In this document: positions 19,345 through 28,015 of the stretch, piece after piece
Layout: each line of letters begins with the position of its first letter
How positions within the stretch are numbered: position 1 is the first letter of the stretch
Source of the DNA: Treponemataceae bacterium
GTDB taxonomy: Bacteria; Spirochaetota; Spirochaetia; Treponematales; Rectinemataceae
NCBI GenBank assembly: GCA_963677895.2
Contig: CAXXGJ010000018.1
Location: 64,001 to 128,000 of the forward strand
DNA: 64,000 bases
Reading direction: 5' to 3'
The notes under the pieces: generated by a model
Told to the model about the DNA's origin: nothing
The model's input: the letters and a program-made list of their open reading frames with translations, nothing else
Database searches by the model: none
Position numbers and translations under genes: made by a program

Positions 19345-20154
19345 GTGAAATACAAACTTGGGATCATCGGAGCCGGAAAAATCGGCGAAGCGATACTGTC
19401 AGGCACCTTTTCCAAAAAGCTTTACGCTCCCGACGAGGTGATCCTGTCGGTCAGGACCGAATCGCACCGGAAGGATCTGGAAGACCGCCTTGGCGTCGCC
19501 GCCACGCTCGACAACCGCCATGTCGCCGCGAACGCCGATATCATTCTCGTCGCGGTCAAGCCCAAGGCTCTCGTCGATATACTGAATTCCATCGCCGACT
19601 GCCTTTCGCCTGGAGTCCTGATAATCTCGACGGTGGCGGGCGTTTCCATCGACATGATCGAATCGCGCGTCCCGGCCTTTGTGGGGGTGATCAGGGCTAT
19701 GCCCAACCTCGCCGTGTCGGTGGGAGAAGGCATGACCGTGATTTCCTGCGGAAAGAACGCGTCGGAAGCCCAGGTGGAGAAGGCCGAAGAGCTTTTCGGA
19801 TCCGTCGGAAGGGTGCAGAAGCTTGAGGAACAGCATATGGACGCCGTGACGGGGCTTTCCGGTTCCGGTCCGGCCTATATCTATATCGTCATCGAATCGC
19901 TCGCGGACGGCGGCGTCAAGATGGGACTCCCCAGGGATGCCGCCATTCAGATGGCGGCGCAGACGGTGCTCGGCGCGGCCAAGACCGTCCTCGTGACCGG
20001 CGAACATCCCGCCAAGCTGAAGGATCAGGTGACGACGCCGGCCGGCGTTACCATCGACGGCATCATGGAACTGGAGGAGGGGGGCTTGCGGGTTACCCTC
20101 ATCAAGGCCGTGGTGAAAGCGACCGAGAGGGCTCGCCAGCTTCTTCACAAGTAA
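19345..20154 (+). CDS. proC: Pyrroline-5-carboxylate reductase
   Basis: IGAGKIG, VAVKP, RAMPN, TGLSGSGPAY, VTTPAGVT; GTG start. Confidence 0.93.
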   Translation: MKYKLGIIGAGKIGEAILSGTFSKKLYAPDEVILSVRTESHRKDLEDRLGVAATLDNRHVAANADIILVAVKPKALVDILNSIADCLSPGVLIISTVAGVSIDMIESRVPAFVGVIRAMPNLAVSVGEGMTVISCGKNASEAQVEKAEELFGSVGRVQKLEEQHMDAVTGLSGSGPAYIYIVIESLADGGVKMGLPRDAAIQMAAQTVLGAAKTVLVTGEHPAKLKDQVTTPAGVTIDGIMELEEGGLRVTLIKAVVKATERARQLLHK

Positions 20155-20169
20155 GGCGATATTCCTTGT

Positions 20170-21378
20170 CTATTCCCTGCTGAGAATGGAAGTCAGAAGC
20201 TGGCGGAGTTTGGCGGGGAGGGGCAGGGACTTTCCCAGCGTCGTGTTGCGCGGGGCTATTTCGGACAGAATTTTCTGCGCGAAAATCTGAGCCCGGCGCG
20301 TCAGTTCGTTGTTGGAGAGCGGCACCGAATTCTCGAGGGCGTCCAGGATCTTCTTGCTCTTGCTTGAGGCTATGGAGGAGAAAAGCCTGTCGTGGGCGAT
20401 CGGCTCCATGGCCTGTATCAGCGAGGCGGCCAGTTTCGGATTCATGGCCGAAACCACCGATTTCAGGACATGTTCATCCAGTTCGAGGATGAGATTGCTG
20501 ATGTCCGACACGAGCCCCTCATCAACATCCATCAGCCATTCCTCGGCCTCGCTTCCCATGTCGGGGTTGGGCTCGGTTCGGAAGGACGTCAGCAATTCGA
20601 TGAAGGCATTCTGCGCGTCGGTCAATTCTTCCGAGGAAAATTTGCTTCTCGCGTTTCTGATATCCCAATCGATGAGGATCTGTCCGAGCGGCGTGTAGGC
20701 GAGGGACTTAATGTATTCAATCGTCTGCCTGGGGCAGCCGGCGAGGGTCGCCGCCATCAGCTGAGGGCCGGCAAGGCGAACGGCTTGGCTGATGGAACCA
20801 GGAGAAGTGTTCTTGCCCGGCACTATATCGGGCAGGTCGCCCGGGATTATCAATTCCTCGTCTTCATTCTTGTCGGAATTGAAGTTCTCGATCAGCCATT
20901 TTTCGACAAGGTCGAAAACGGAAAATCCGAGAAAGGCCGTCATCGTGCGCATGATGACGATGGGGTGCGCGTTTTTAAGCGCCAGCTCTGTCCCCGCGAT
21001 GATCATTTCCGCTTCGAAATCTTCCTGGGGCAGCGCGTTTCCGCAGAGACCCGCCGCGACGAAGGCCGACCTGACGGAATCGGCCGGCGAAGCCGAGGCG
21101 ATGAGGGAATAGGCGAATTTTTGGAGCTTTTTCTTTTCATCGTGCGAGACCGCGAGGAGCTGATCCTTTCCCGCGATCTGAAATTGGTTCATGACGAGCG
21201 CGAAGCGTTTGGCGGACTCGAGGAGGGCGGTCGTCCGCCGGGGGCTGAGTCCGAAAGCCGTCCGCCAGGCATCCCGCGAATCGTCGGGAGTCGGTTTGCT
21301 CACGATTTTTTCGGGCAGGGTCGTCCCTTCACGACGATAGAGCGTCTGCTGGGCTCTGCATAATGAGTTGATGATCAT
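20170..21378 (-). CDS. Hypothetical soluble protein: degenerate MotA-cytoplasmic-like N-domain plus two FliG C-terminal-like repeats
   Basis: ATG 21378 overlaps the upstream stop (ATGA). LILELDEHVLKSVVSAMNPKLAASLIQAMEPIAHDRLFSSIASSKSKKILDALE follows the FliG_C helical pattern; an earlier repeat ends EELTDAQNAFIELL. Confidence 0.55.
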   Translation of the reverse strand: MIINSLCRAQQTLYRREGTTLPEKIVSKPTPDDSRDAWRTAFGLSPRRTTALLESAKRFALVMNQFQIAGKDQLLAVSHDEKKKLQKFAYSLIASASPADSVRSAFVAAGLCGNALPQEDFEAEMIIAGTELALKNAHPIVIMRTMTAFLGFSVFDLVEKWLIENFNSDKNEDEELIIPGDLPDIVPGKNTSPGSISQAVRLAGPQLMAATLAGCPRQTIEYIKSLAYTPLGQILIDWDIRNARSKFSSEELTDAQNAFIELLTSFRTEPNPDMGSEAEEWLMDVDEGLVSDISNLILELDEHVLKSVVSAMNPKLAASLIQAMEPIAHDRLFSSIASSKSKKILDALENSVPLSNNELTRRAQIFAQKILSEIAPRNTTLGKSLPLPAKLRQLLTSILSRE

Positions 21379-21836
21379 AATGCCTTGGGGTTGTTTTCGG
21401 CGTCCAGGGCCTTTAGGAGCGAGTAGGCTTTTTCGGCACCGCAATAAGGGACCAGTTTTCTCAGGAGCAATTCGCGGGAATCCCCGGCGGCTATAGAAAG
21501 CAGCGCTTCGACGTACATGCATTGTTTGAGGAACTCGAAACCGCTGTACGCGCTTGTCGTAAGATAGATCGCCAGGATTTCCTCGAGCGCTTCCGTCGAC
21601 AAACCTTCGGCGATGAGGCGGAATCCATAATACAGCATAGGCGATTGATCAATTTTTGACCTGTCGGTTTTCGACTGATCGGTCAAAGACTGAACAGTCG
21701 AAGCGAGAGGCAAGATTCCCTCATTTCTCGTCTTGTCCGAAATCGCGAGCAGTTCCTGGACGATGGCGGGGAGGGCGGCCTTCTCCTTATCGGAACAGGC
21801 AAGTCTTTTTGTCAGTTCGGCGTTCCAAAGTATCAT
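21375..21836 (-). CDS. Hypothetical soluble protein resembling the MotA cytoplasmic domain without TM helices
   Basis: TRNEGILPL, MLYYGFRLIAEG, EALLSIAAGDSRELLLRKL; SD GGAG; no long hydrophobic stretch. Confidence 0.6.
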   Translation of the reverse strand: MILWNAELTKRLACSDKEKAALPAIVQELLAISDKTRNEGILPLASTVQSLTDQSKTDRSKIDQSPMLYYGFRLIAEGLSTEALEEILAIYLTTSAYSGFEFLKQCMYVEALLSIAAGDSRELLLRKLVPYCGAEKAYSLLKALDAENNPKAL

Positions 21837-21904
21837 CCAAAACTCCAGGATCTCACGATATGATTTGTCATATTATTTAGCCACACGATGCGGGCTTGCA
21901 TATA

Positions 21905-22501
21905 CTATAAAGCTTGTTTTCCATCCTGGCAATGCCGGAACATTTCGACGCCGAGGGTGTCGAGCATCGGGCCGAGGGGGTCTTTTCCGATTTCAAAACG
22001 CTTCATGGGAAAAATGCCCGACGCCGCCCGGAGCCTGTCGGCAAAGGCCTGTTCAAGGCTTGGTCTGACGGTCACTAAAAGCGGATAATCTCCGTTCCTC
22101 GCGAGCCAGGAGGCGATCCCGAAAAAGCCGCCCCCTTCGTTGGCTTCCAGCGGACCCATCTCATCCAGGATGACGGGGCCGCAGCCCTTCCGGACAGCTT
22201 CCCGGACTCTGGATTCCGCCCAGAGAAAAGCTTCCGAAGAAAAACTGAAGGGAGGATAGGGCATGGGCGCGTCGGAACGGGGCTGTTGCCGGGCGGCGAG
22301 GGGGATTTCGTCTCCTCGGCTCAGATCGCGCAGAAGTATGGTCAAAGGGATTCCTTGAGGGTCCCTCAGGTTTTCTTCGACGATAGCAAAGGGGAAGGCC
22401 AGGGGGAAGGGGGATTTGGCTTTCAGCGTCTGGAAGAGAGCCTTGCAGAACGATGTTTTTCCGGCACGCATCGAACCGGTAAGCAGGATGAGCTCGCGCA
22501 T
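21905..22501 (-). CDS. P-loop nucleoside triphosphatase (THEP1/DUF2478-like)
   Basis: LLTGSMRAGKTS Walker A; VILDEMGPLE Walker B; LLVTVR. Confidence 0.75.
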   Translation of the reverse strand: MRELILLTGSMRAGKTSFCKALFQTLKAKSPFPLAFPFAIVEENLRDPQGIPLTILLRDLSRGDEIPLAARQQPRSDAPMPYPPFSFSSEAFLWAESRVREAVRKGCGPVILDEMGPLEANEGGGFFGIASWLARNGDYPLLVTVRPSLEQAFADRLRAASGIFPMKRFEIGKDPLGPMLDTLGVEMFRHCQDGKQAL

Positions 22502-22595
22502 GAGCCATTCTCCCTTGTCCGCGATGCCTTGTCCAGTAATGAAGTACTGATTGCGGTAAATTCTACAATTTTCGTTAAAACGTGATCACATTCAC

Positions 22596-22625
22596 TTGAC
22601 ACGAACATGCGGCTCTTGTTATGTT
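22596..22625 (+). promoter_or_regulatory. Sigma-70-type promoter driving a short non-coding transcript
   Basis: TTGACA (22596-22601), 18 nt, TG-n-TATGTT (22620-22625). Confidence 0.55.
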
Positions 22626-22630
22626 TCTAA

Positions 22631-22744
22631 TTGAAATAACGGTTTGGCAACGACGGCGAAACGGTGCCAGATCATTTTTAGGACAGCCTTGCTGTCACGA
22701 GCTTCTCGGGGTCAGCCTCCTTCCCCGAGAAGCTCTTTTATTTT
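22631..22744 (+). ncRNA. Putative small RNA (three hairpins, intrinsic terminator)
   Basis: Lies between a promoter and a 13-bp terminator stem with U-tract; no convincing ORF with an SD. Confidence 0.45.
22699..22744 (+). terminator. Rho-independent terminator
   Basis: GAGCTTCTCGGGG-TCAGCCTCCTT-CCCCGAGAAGCTC followed by TTTTATTTT. Confidence 0.8.
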
Positions 22745-22756
22745 ATACTCCCTCTC

Positions 22757-23518
22757 ATGGATATTGGAGAATTCGACAGCTGGTGCCGTTCCCTCTTGCA
22801 GATAGAAGCGCTCAAGGACATCGATGATTCGCTGAACGGAATCCAGGTCGGAAGATCTTTGGGGCAGATCCGCAAAGTGGCCTTCGCCGTCGACGCGTGC
22901 GCCGAATCCATGCGCCGCGCGAAAGAGGCCGGCGCCGATGTTCTCTTCGTGCATCACGGATTATTCTGGGGCAAACCGCTGCGGATCGAAGGCTATCTCC
23001 TCGAACGGATCAGGCTTCTCCTCTCATCCGACATGGCGCTCTACGCCTGCCATCTCCCCCTCGACATGCATCCCGAAGTAGGGAATAACGCCGTGCTGGC
23101 CAACCTTCTCTCCCTTCGCGACAGGAGCCCTTTCGGCGTCTACCACGGCATAGCGATCGGCGTTTCGGGAAGACTGGAAAAGCCCCTCGCCATCCAGGAG
23201 ATTCTTCCCCTCATCCTGCCCGACAGAACCGAACCCAGGGCGATCATCGCCTCGGGCAAGGAGAAAATCTCCACGGTGGCCATCGTTTCCGGCGGCGCTC
23301 CCTTCGAGGCTTTTCAGGCCTTCGGCAAGGATATCGATCTCTATATAACGGGGGAGCCTTCTCATTCCGTCTACCACCAGATTGTCGAGAACAAGCTCAA
23401 TTTCATCGCGGCCGGGCATTACGCAACGGAAGTCTGGGGCGTGAAGGCCGTGGCCGAAAGACTGGCGAGAGAAAAGAGCGTGGAAACATCATTCATAGAC
23501 ATCCCGACAGGACTTTGA
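22757..23518 (+). CDS. Nif3-like dinuclear metal center hexameric protein
   Basis: NGIQVG, VAFAVDA, FVHHGLFWG, HLPLDMHPEVGNN, ITGE, AGHYATE. Confidence 0.92.
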   Translation: MDIGEFDSWCRSLLQIEALKDIDDSLNGIQVGRSLGQIRKVAFAVDACAESMRRAKEAGADVLFVHHGLFWGKPLRIEGYLLERIRLLLSSDMALYACHLPLDMHPEVGNNAVLANLLSLRDRSPFGVYHGIAIGVSGRLEKPLAIQEILPLILPDRTEPRAIIASGKEKISTVAIVSGGAPFEAFQAFGKDIDLYITGEPSHSVYHQIVENKLNFIAAGHYATEVWGVKAVAERLAREKSVETSFIDIPTGL

Positions 23519-23574
23519 TCCTTGCCGGCAAAAAAACGCGATCGGACTGCCGAACGCTCCGGGGAACATTCCAG

Positions 23575-24135
23575 ATGGAACAGAATATCATGACGAGGAA
23601 CAGGAAGAATGGACGGCTCGCTATGATGCTGATCCCGTTCGTGCCGATCGCGATCGTCCTGGCGGACCAGTTTACCAAGGCATGGATAGAGGGAAATATC
23701 CCCATCAACACGATAGGTTTTCACTACATGAAGGATTTCCTCTGGATCGTGCATACGCGCAACCTGGGAATTGCCTTCTCCATCGGCGACTCCGTCTCGC
23801 GACTGCTGCGAACCGCGCTTTTCATCGTCCTGCCCGCCTGCTTCATGACGGGAGCAAGCGTGTATTGCTTCATCTCGAAAAAGCTTTCCCTCATTCAGCG
23901 CTATGCCATCGCCATCATCGTAGGCGGGGGCGCGGGAAATCTCATAGACAGGATCTTCCGTCCCGAAGGCGTCGTGGATTTCATCTCCTTTTCCCTTTTT
24001 GGAGTATTCGGGCTGGACCGCTTCCCGACCTTCAATATCGCCGACATGTCGATTACCATAGGCGCGGCGATCCTGCTGATCAGCGGATTTCTGATGGAAG
24101 AAAAAGAAATGGAAGAAAAAGGAAACCAACCATGA
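23575..24135 (+). CDS. lspA: Lipoprotein signal peptidase II
   Basis: DQFTK, NLGIAFS, GGGAGNLIDR, VVDFI, FNIADMSI; start uncertain (23575 or 23590). Confidence 0.92.
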   Translation: MEQNIMTRNRKNGRLAMMLIPFVPIAIVLADQFTKAWIEGNIPINTIGFHYMKDFLWIVHTRNLGIAFSIGDSVSRLLRTALFIVLPACFMTGASVYCFISKKLSLIQRYAIAIIVGGGAGNLIDRIFRPEGVVDFISFSLFGVFGLDRFPTFNIADMSITIGAAILLISGFLMEEKEMEEKGNQP

Positions 24136-24407
24136 GCAAAGGCGCCAAGGCAGCGATTTTCGTGATCGGGGCATCGCTGCTGAATATCCTCCTGACCGGG
24201 CTGCTGTTCGTCGCCTGCCTGGGCCTCTATTCCCTGACGCTCGGCAAGCTTCTGCCCCAGACGGCAGTGATGTGGGCCGTCGTCGCGAGCTTCATAATCA
24301 GCATGGCCGGAACCTTCCTGATCTACAGAAAAGCCCTTGCCTATGCCCAGAAAAAATTCAATCTCGAAGAAAAGCTGGGCTTATATCCCAAGAAACGCAA
24401 TTACTGA
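24132..24407 (+). CDS. Small two-TM membrane protein coupled to lspA
   Basis: MSKGAKAAIFVIGASLLNILLTG...; ATGA overlap with the lspA stop; 91 aa. Confidence 0.75.
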   Translation: MSKGAKAAIFVIGASLLNILLTGLLFVACLGLYSLTLGKLLPQTAVMWAVVASFIISMAGTFLIYRKALAYAQKKFNLEEKLGLYPKKRNY

Positions 24408-24419
24408 AAGGAGCATCGC

Positions 24420-25778
24420 ATGTCAGCAGCGCGGGAAGAATTCCGGAAACTCGGCGTACATGTGCCCGAAATCTACCTCCCTTCGGAGAAGCTGGATCAT
24501 CAAGCCTGGGCCGTCGTCGCCTGCGATCAGTATTCCTCCGAGCGGGAATACTGGGAAAAAGTGGCCGAAACCGTCGGCTCGAAACCCTCCACCTTGAACA
24601 TGATTTTTCCGGAATGCTATCTGGAGGACAAGGACAAGAATGAAAGGATCGCCCGGATCCAGCGTTCTATGACCGACTATATTTCCAAAGGCTATCTCGA
24701 GACGCCCGGAGAAGGTTTCATCCTCGTCGAGCGGAGGACCCCCTATGAGCAGAAGCCCAGGATCGGGCTTGTCATATCGGTGGACCTCGAGAAGTATGAA
24801 TACGGCAAGGATTCCAGGAGCCTCATACGTCCCACCGAGGGCACGATCGTCGAAAGACTTCCCCCGCGCATGGCGATCAGGCGCGGCGCTCCCCTGGAGC
24901 TGCCCCATATCATGATACTGATGGACGATCCGGGGCGTACCGTCATCGAGCCTCTCTACGGCAAGCGGCTCTATTTCAAGAGACTCTACGATTTCGATCT
25001 CATGACGGGCTCCGGCCATGTCCGAGGCTGGCTCGTCAAAGATCAGGGCACCATGGAAGGAGTCGCCTCGGCCCTGGCGCAGCTCGCCGATCCTGAGGGT
25101 TTCAGGGAAAGGCATGGCAAGGACGATGTTCTTCTTTTTGCCGTGGGCGACGGGAACCATTCCCTGGCCACCGCCAAGGCGACTTGGGAGGAGGTGAAAA
25201 CTTCCTACGCCGGCAAGCCGGGGGCTGAGGAAATCCTGGCCAAGCACCCCGCGCGTTACGCTCTCGTGGAGCTCCTCAATATCTACGATGAAGGTCTCCC
25301 CTTCCATCCCATCCACCGCGTTCTCTTCAACGTGGATGAAAAGGATTTCTTCTCCGCCCTCAAGGAAGCCGGCGCGAAAATTTCCACGATGCCCGGCGCG
25401 AAGGAGGCTTTCGCTGCCTGCGACGCTCCCGATCCCCAAGGCGCGCACCGTATCGCCTGGACGAACGGCCGGGCATCGGGGCTGATCGTCTTCGACAAAC
25501 CCGTCGAAAAACTCGCGGCGGGCAGCCTGCAGGCGATTCTCGATCCTTATCTCAAGGCTCACGCAGCGACGACGATCGACTATATTCACGGGTCGGGAAG
25601 CCTGGAAACCCTGGCTTCCAAGGCGGGCAACCTGGGGCTCTATCTGCCGCCCGTCGACAAGGCATCTTTCTTCGCCACCATAGTCCAGAACGGCGTCATG
25701 CCGCGGAAGACCTTCTCCATGGGAGAGGCGCCGGAAAAACGCTTCTATATAGAGGCGCGGAAGATAATTATCGGGTGA
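24420..25778 (+). CDS. DUF1015 family protein
   Basis: WAVVACDQYSS, IRPTEGTIVERLPPR, AVGDGNHSLATAK, MPRKTFSMG; adjacent to serA/serC. Confidence 0.85.
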   Translation: MSAAREEFRKLGVHVPEIYLPSEKLDHQAWAVVACDQYSSEREYWEKVAETVGSKPSTLNMIFPECYLEDKDKNERIARIQRSMTDYISKGYLETPGEGFILVERRTPYEQKPRIGLVISVDLEKYEYGKDSRSLIRPTEGTIVERLPPRMAIRRGAPLELPHIMILMDDPGRTVIEPLYGKRLYFKRLYDFDLMTGSGHVRGWLVKDQGTMEGVASALAQLADPEGFRERHGKDDVLLFAVGDGNHSLATAKATWEEVKTSYAGKPGAEEILAKHPARYALVELLNIYDEGLPFHPIHRVLFNVDEKDFFSALKEAGAKISTMPGAKEAFAACDAPDPQGAHRIAWTNGRASGLIVFDKPVEKLAAGSLQAILDPYLKAHAATTIDYIHGSGSLETLASKAGNLGLYLPPVDKASFFATIVQNGVMPRKTFSMGEAPEKRFYIEARKIIIG

Positions 25779-25780
25779 AC

Positions 25781-25808
25781 TTGACAGGCAAGGCGATCAT
25801 GCTACTAT
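25781..25808 (+). promoter_or_regulatory. Sigma-70-type promoter for serA-serC
   Basis: TTGACA, 16 nt, TG-n-TACTAT. Confidence 0.55.
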
Positions 25809-25880
25809 AAAAAAGCATAGGATTCGACGCCCGATCCTCTCGATCCGGCTTTTCCGCAATATCAGTTTTAGGAGGATTCC

Positions 25881-26753
25881 ATGGTTATTCTATTGGCCGA
25901 TGCCTTCGTCGCCGACCTTCCCAAGCGGCTATCGGCATTCGGTGAAGTCGTCAGCGATATGAAACGTCTCGCCGATGCTGAGATCGTCATTGTCCGCTCC
26001 AAGACCAAGGTGGACAAGACGATGATCGACGCTGCCCCGAAGCTAAAATTCATCATCAGGGGCGGCGTGGGCGTCGACACCATCGATGTCGATTATGCCA
26101 AGGCCAAGGGAATTCTCGTGGACAACACTCCCGAGGCTTCCAGCCTGGCGGTGGCGGAACTCGCTTTTGCCCTCATGCTCGCCCTGCCCAACCATCTGGT
26201 GAAAGCCGACGTTTCCATGAAGGAAGGCAAGTGGCTCAAGAAGGAACTGGAGCGAACGGAACTCGGCGGAAAAACCCTGGGCCTCGTGGGCATCGGCCGC
26301 ATCGCGAGGGAAGTGGCTTCCCGGGCCAAGGCCTTCGGAATGAAGGTCGTAGCCTTCGACAAGTACGTCGCCGTTTCCGACGCCGCCGAGATGATGAGTC
26401 TGGACGAAGTATTCGCGAAAGCGGATTATATCAGCCTTCATACGCCCCTCACCGACGAAACGCGCGGCATGATCAACGCCGCCAGCATAGCGAAGATGAA
26501 GGACGGAGTCCGCCTCGTCAACACCTGCCGCGGCCAGGTCATCGTGGAAGCCGACGTTGTCGCTGCCCTCGCGTCGGGCAAGATGGCGGGCTATGCCACC
26601 GATGTCTTCTATAAAGAACCGCCGGAAGCTTCGCCCCTCCTCACGGCGTCCAATGTCCTCCTGACCCCTCACCTGGGCGCTTCCACCGAAGAGAACCTTC
26701 TCAGGCTCGGCGACAGCATCGAAAGCCGCGTCGCGAAATATGTTTCCAAATAA
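25881..26753 (+). CDS. serA: D-3-phosphoglycerate dehydrogenase (short form, no ACT domain)
   Basis: IRGGVGVDTID, GIGRIA, SLHTPLT, NTCRG, TPHLGAST; adjacent to serC. Confidence 0.82.
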   Translation: MVILLADAFVADLPKRLSAFGEVVSDMKRLADAEIVIVRSKTKVDKTMIDAAPKLKFIIRGGVGVDTIDVDYAKAKGILVDNTPEASSLAVAELAFALMLALPNHLVKADVSMKEGKWLKKELERTELGGKTLGLVGIGRIAREVASRAKAFGMKVVAFDKYVAVSDAAEMMSLDEVFAKADYISLHTPLTDETRGMINAASIAKMKDGVRLVNTCRGQVIVEADVVAALASGKMAGYATDVFYKEPPEASPLLTASNVLLTPHLGASTEENLLRLGDSIESRVAKYVSK

Positions 26754-26767
26754 ACGGGAGTAAAACC

Positions 26768-27862
26768 ATGAAAAGAGTGATAAATTTCAATGCCGGCCCC
26801 GCCGCTATCCCCCTCGACGTGCTGAAACAGGCCCAGGAAGAAATGCTGGACTGGAACGGCACCGGCATGTCGGTCATGGAAGTATCGCATCGTTCGAAAG
26901 AGTACGAGGCCATGCACAACGAGGCGAAGGACCTTTTCAGGAAGCTGGCCGGAATGGGCCCGGAATGGAAGATCCTCTTCCTCACCGGCGGCGCCTCCAG
27001 CCAATTCTTCCAGGTTCCCATGAATTTCCTTTTCGACGGCAGAAAGGCCTCCTACCTCGTCACCGGCACCTGGGGCAAGAAAGCCCTCAAGGAAGCCAAA
27101 CGCTTCGGCCCCTGCGATGCCATGAGCACCGAGAACGCGGACGGCACCTTCACGAGGATCCTCACGCCGGCCGAAATCAAGGTCGATCCGGCTTCGACCT
27201 ATGTCCACATGACCAGCAACAACACGCTCTTCGGATCCCAGTGGCATAATTGGCCCGAAACGGGCAAGGTGCCCCTCGTCTGCGACATGTCGAGCGACAT
27301 CTTTTCCCGCCCCTTCCCTGCCGACAAATTCGCGCTGATCTACGCGGGCGCACAGAAGAACCTCGGCCCCTCAGGCCTCACCATCGTGGCCGTCAAGGAC
27401 AGCTTCTTCCAGCTTTGCCAGGAACAGGCCAAGCTGCCGACCATGCTCTCCTACAGGACCCACGAAGAAGAGAATTCGCTCTACAATACGCCGCCCTGTT
27501 TCTCCATCTACATGCTCAGCCTGACGCTCAAATGGCTGGACAGGAACGGCGGCCTGGATGCCATGGCGAAAGTCAACGAAGAGAAGGGCAGGATCATCTA
27601 CGGAGCGATCGACGCCTCGAACGGCTACTATCGCGGTCCGGTCCAGAAGGATTCCCGCTCCCTCATGAACGTGGTCTTCAGGCTCAAGGACGAGGCTTCC
27701 GAGGAGCTTTTCGTGAAGGAAGCGAAGGCGGCGGGCATCGTGGGCGTGAAGGGCCACCGCTCGACGGGCGGAATCCGCTTCTCGATGTACAACGCCAACC
27801 TCGTGGACAATGTCAAGGTCGCGGCCGCCTTCATGGAAGATTTCAGGAAGAGGCACGGCTGA
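26768..27862 (+). CDS. serC: Phosphoserine aminotransferase
   Basis: NFNAGPA, EVSHRS, DMSSD, YAGAQKNLGP, YNTPP, KGHRSTGGIR. Confidence 0.95.
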   Translation: MKRVINFNAGPAAIPLDVLKQAQEEMLDWNGTGMSVMEVSHRSKEYEAMHNEAKDLFRKLAGMGPEWKILFLTGGASSQFFQVPMNFLFDGRKASYLVTGTWGKKALKEAKRFGPCDAMSTENADGTFTRILTPAEIKVDPASTYVHMTSNNTLFGSQWHNWPETGKVPLVCDMSSDIFSRPFPADKFALIYAGAQKNLGPSGLTIVAVKDSFFQLCQEQAKLPTMLSYRTHEEENSLYNTPPCFSIYMLSLTLKWLDRNGGLDAMAKVNEEKGRIIYGAIDASNGYYRGPVQKDSRSLMNVVFRLKDEASEELFVKEAKAAGIVGVKGHRSTGGIRFSMYNANLVDNVKVAAAFMEDFRKRHG

Positions 27863-27929
27863 AACATTGTTTCAGCGTAGCTTCAGCATTGTTTCGGCAC
27901 GGCCGAAGCAATGTCTGCGGAACGGAACG

Positions 27930-27961
27930 AAAAAGCCCGGGCGATTTGCCCGGGCTTTTTT
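27930..27961. terminator. Bidirectional intrinsic terminator
   Basis: AAAAAGCCCGGGC-GATTT-GCCCGGGCTTTTTT between convergent genes. Confidence 0.85.
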
Positions 27962-28015
27962 ATGCCGATAGCCGCGCCATCCGGATCGTTAAAAATCCAG
28001 TGGCGCCGCATTGCC

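Noticed and set aside
22640..22700. Possible c-di-GMP-I riboswitch (GGCAA...GAAA)
   Set aside because: The downstream GCAAAGC junction and P1/P3 pairing could not be found.
22621..22827. 68-aa ORF in the sRNA region
   Set aside because: Its ATG lies within the -10 box, it has no SD, and it crosses a terminator and the Nif3 start.
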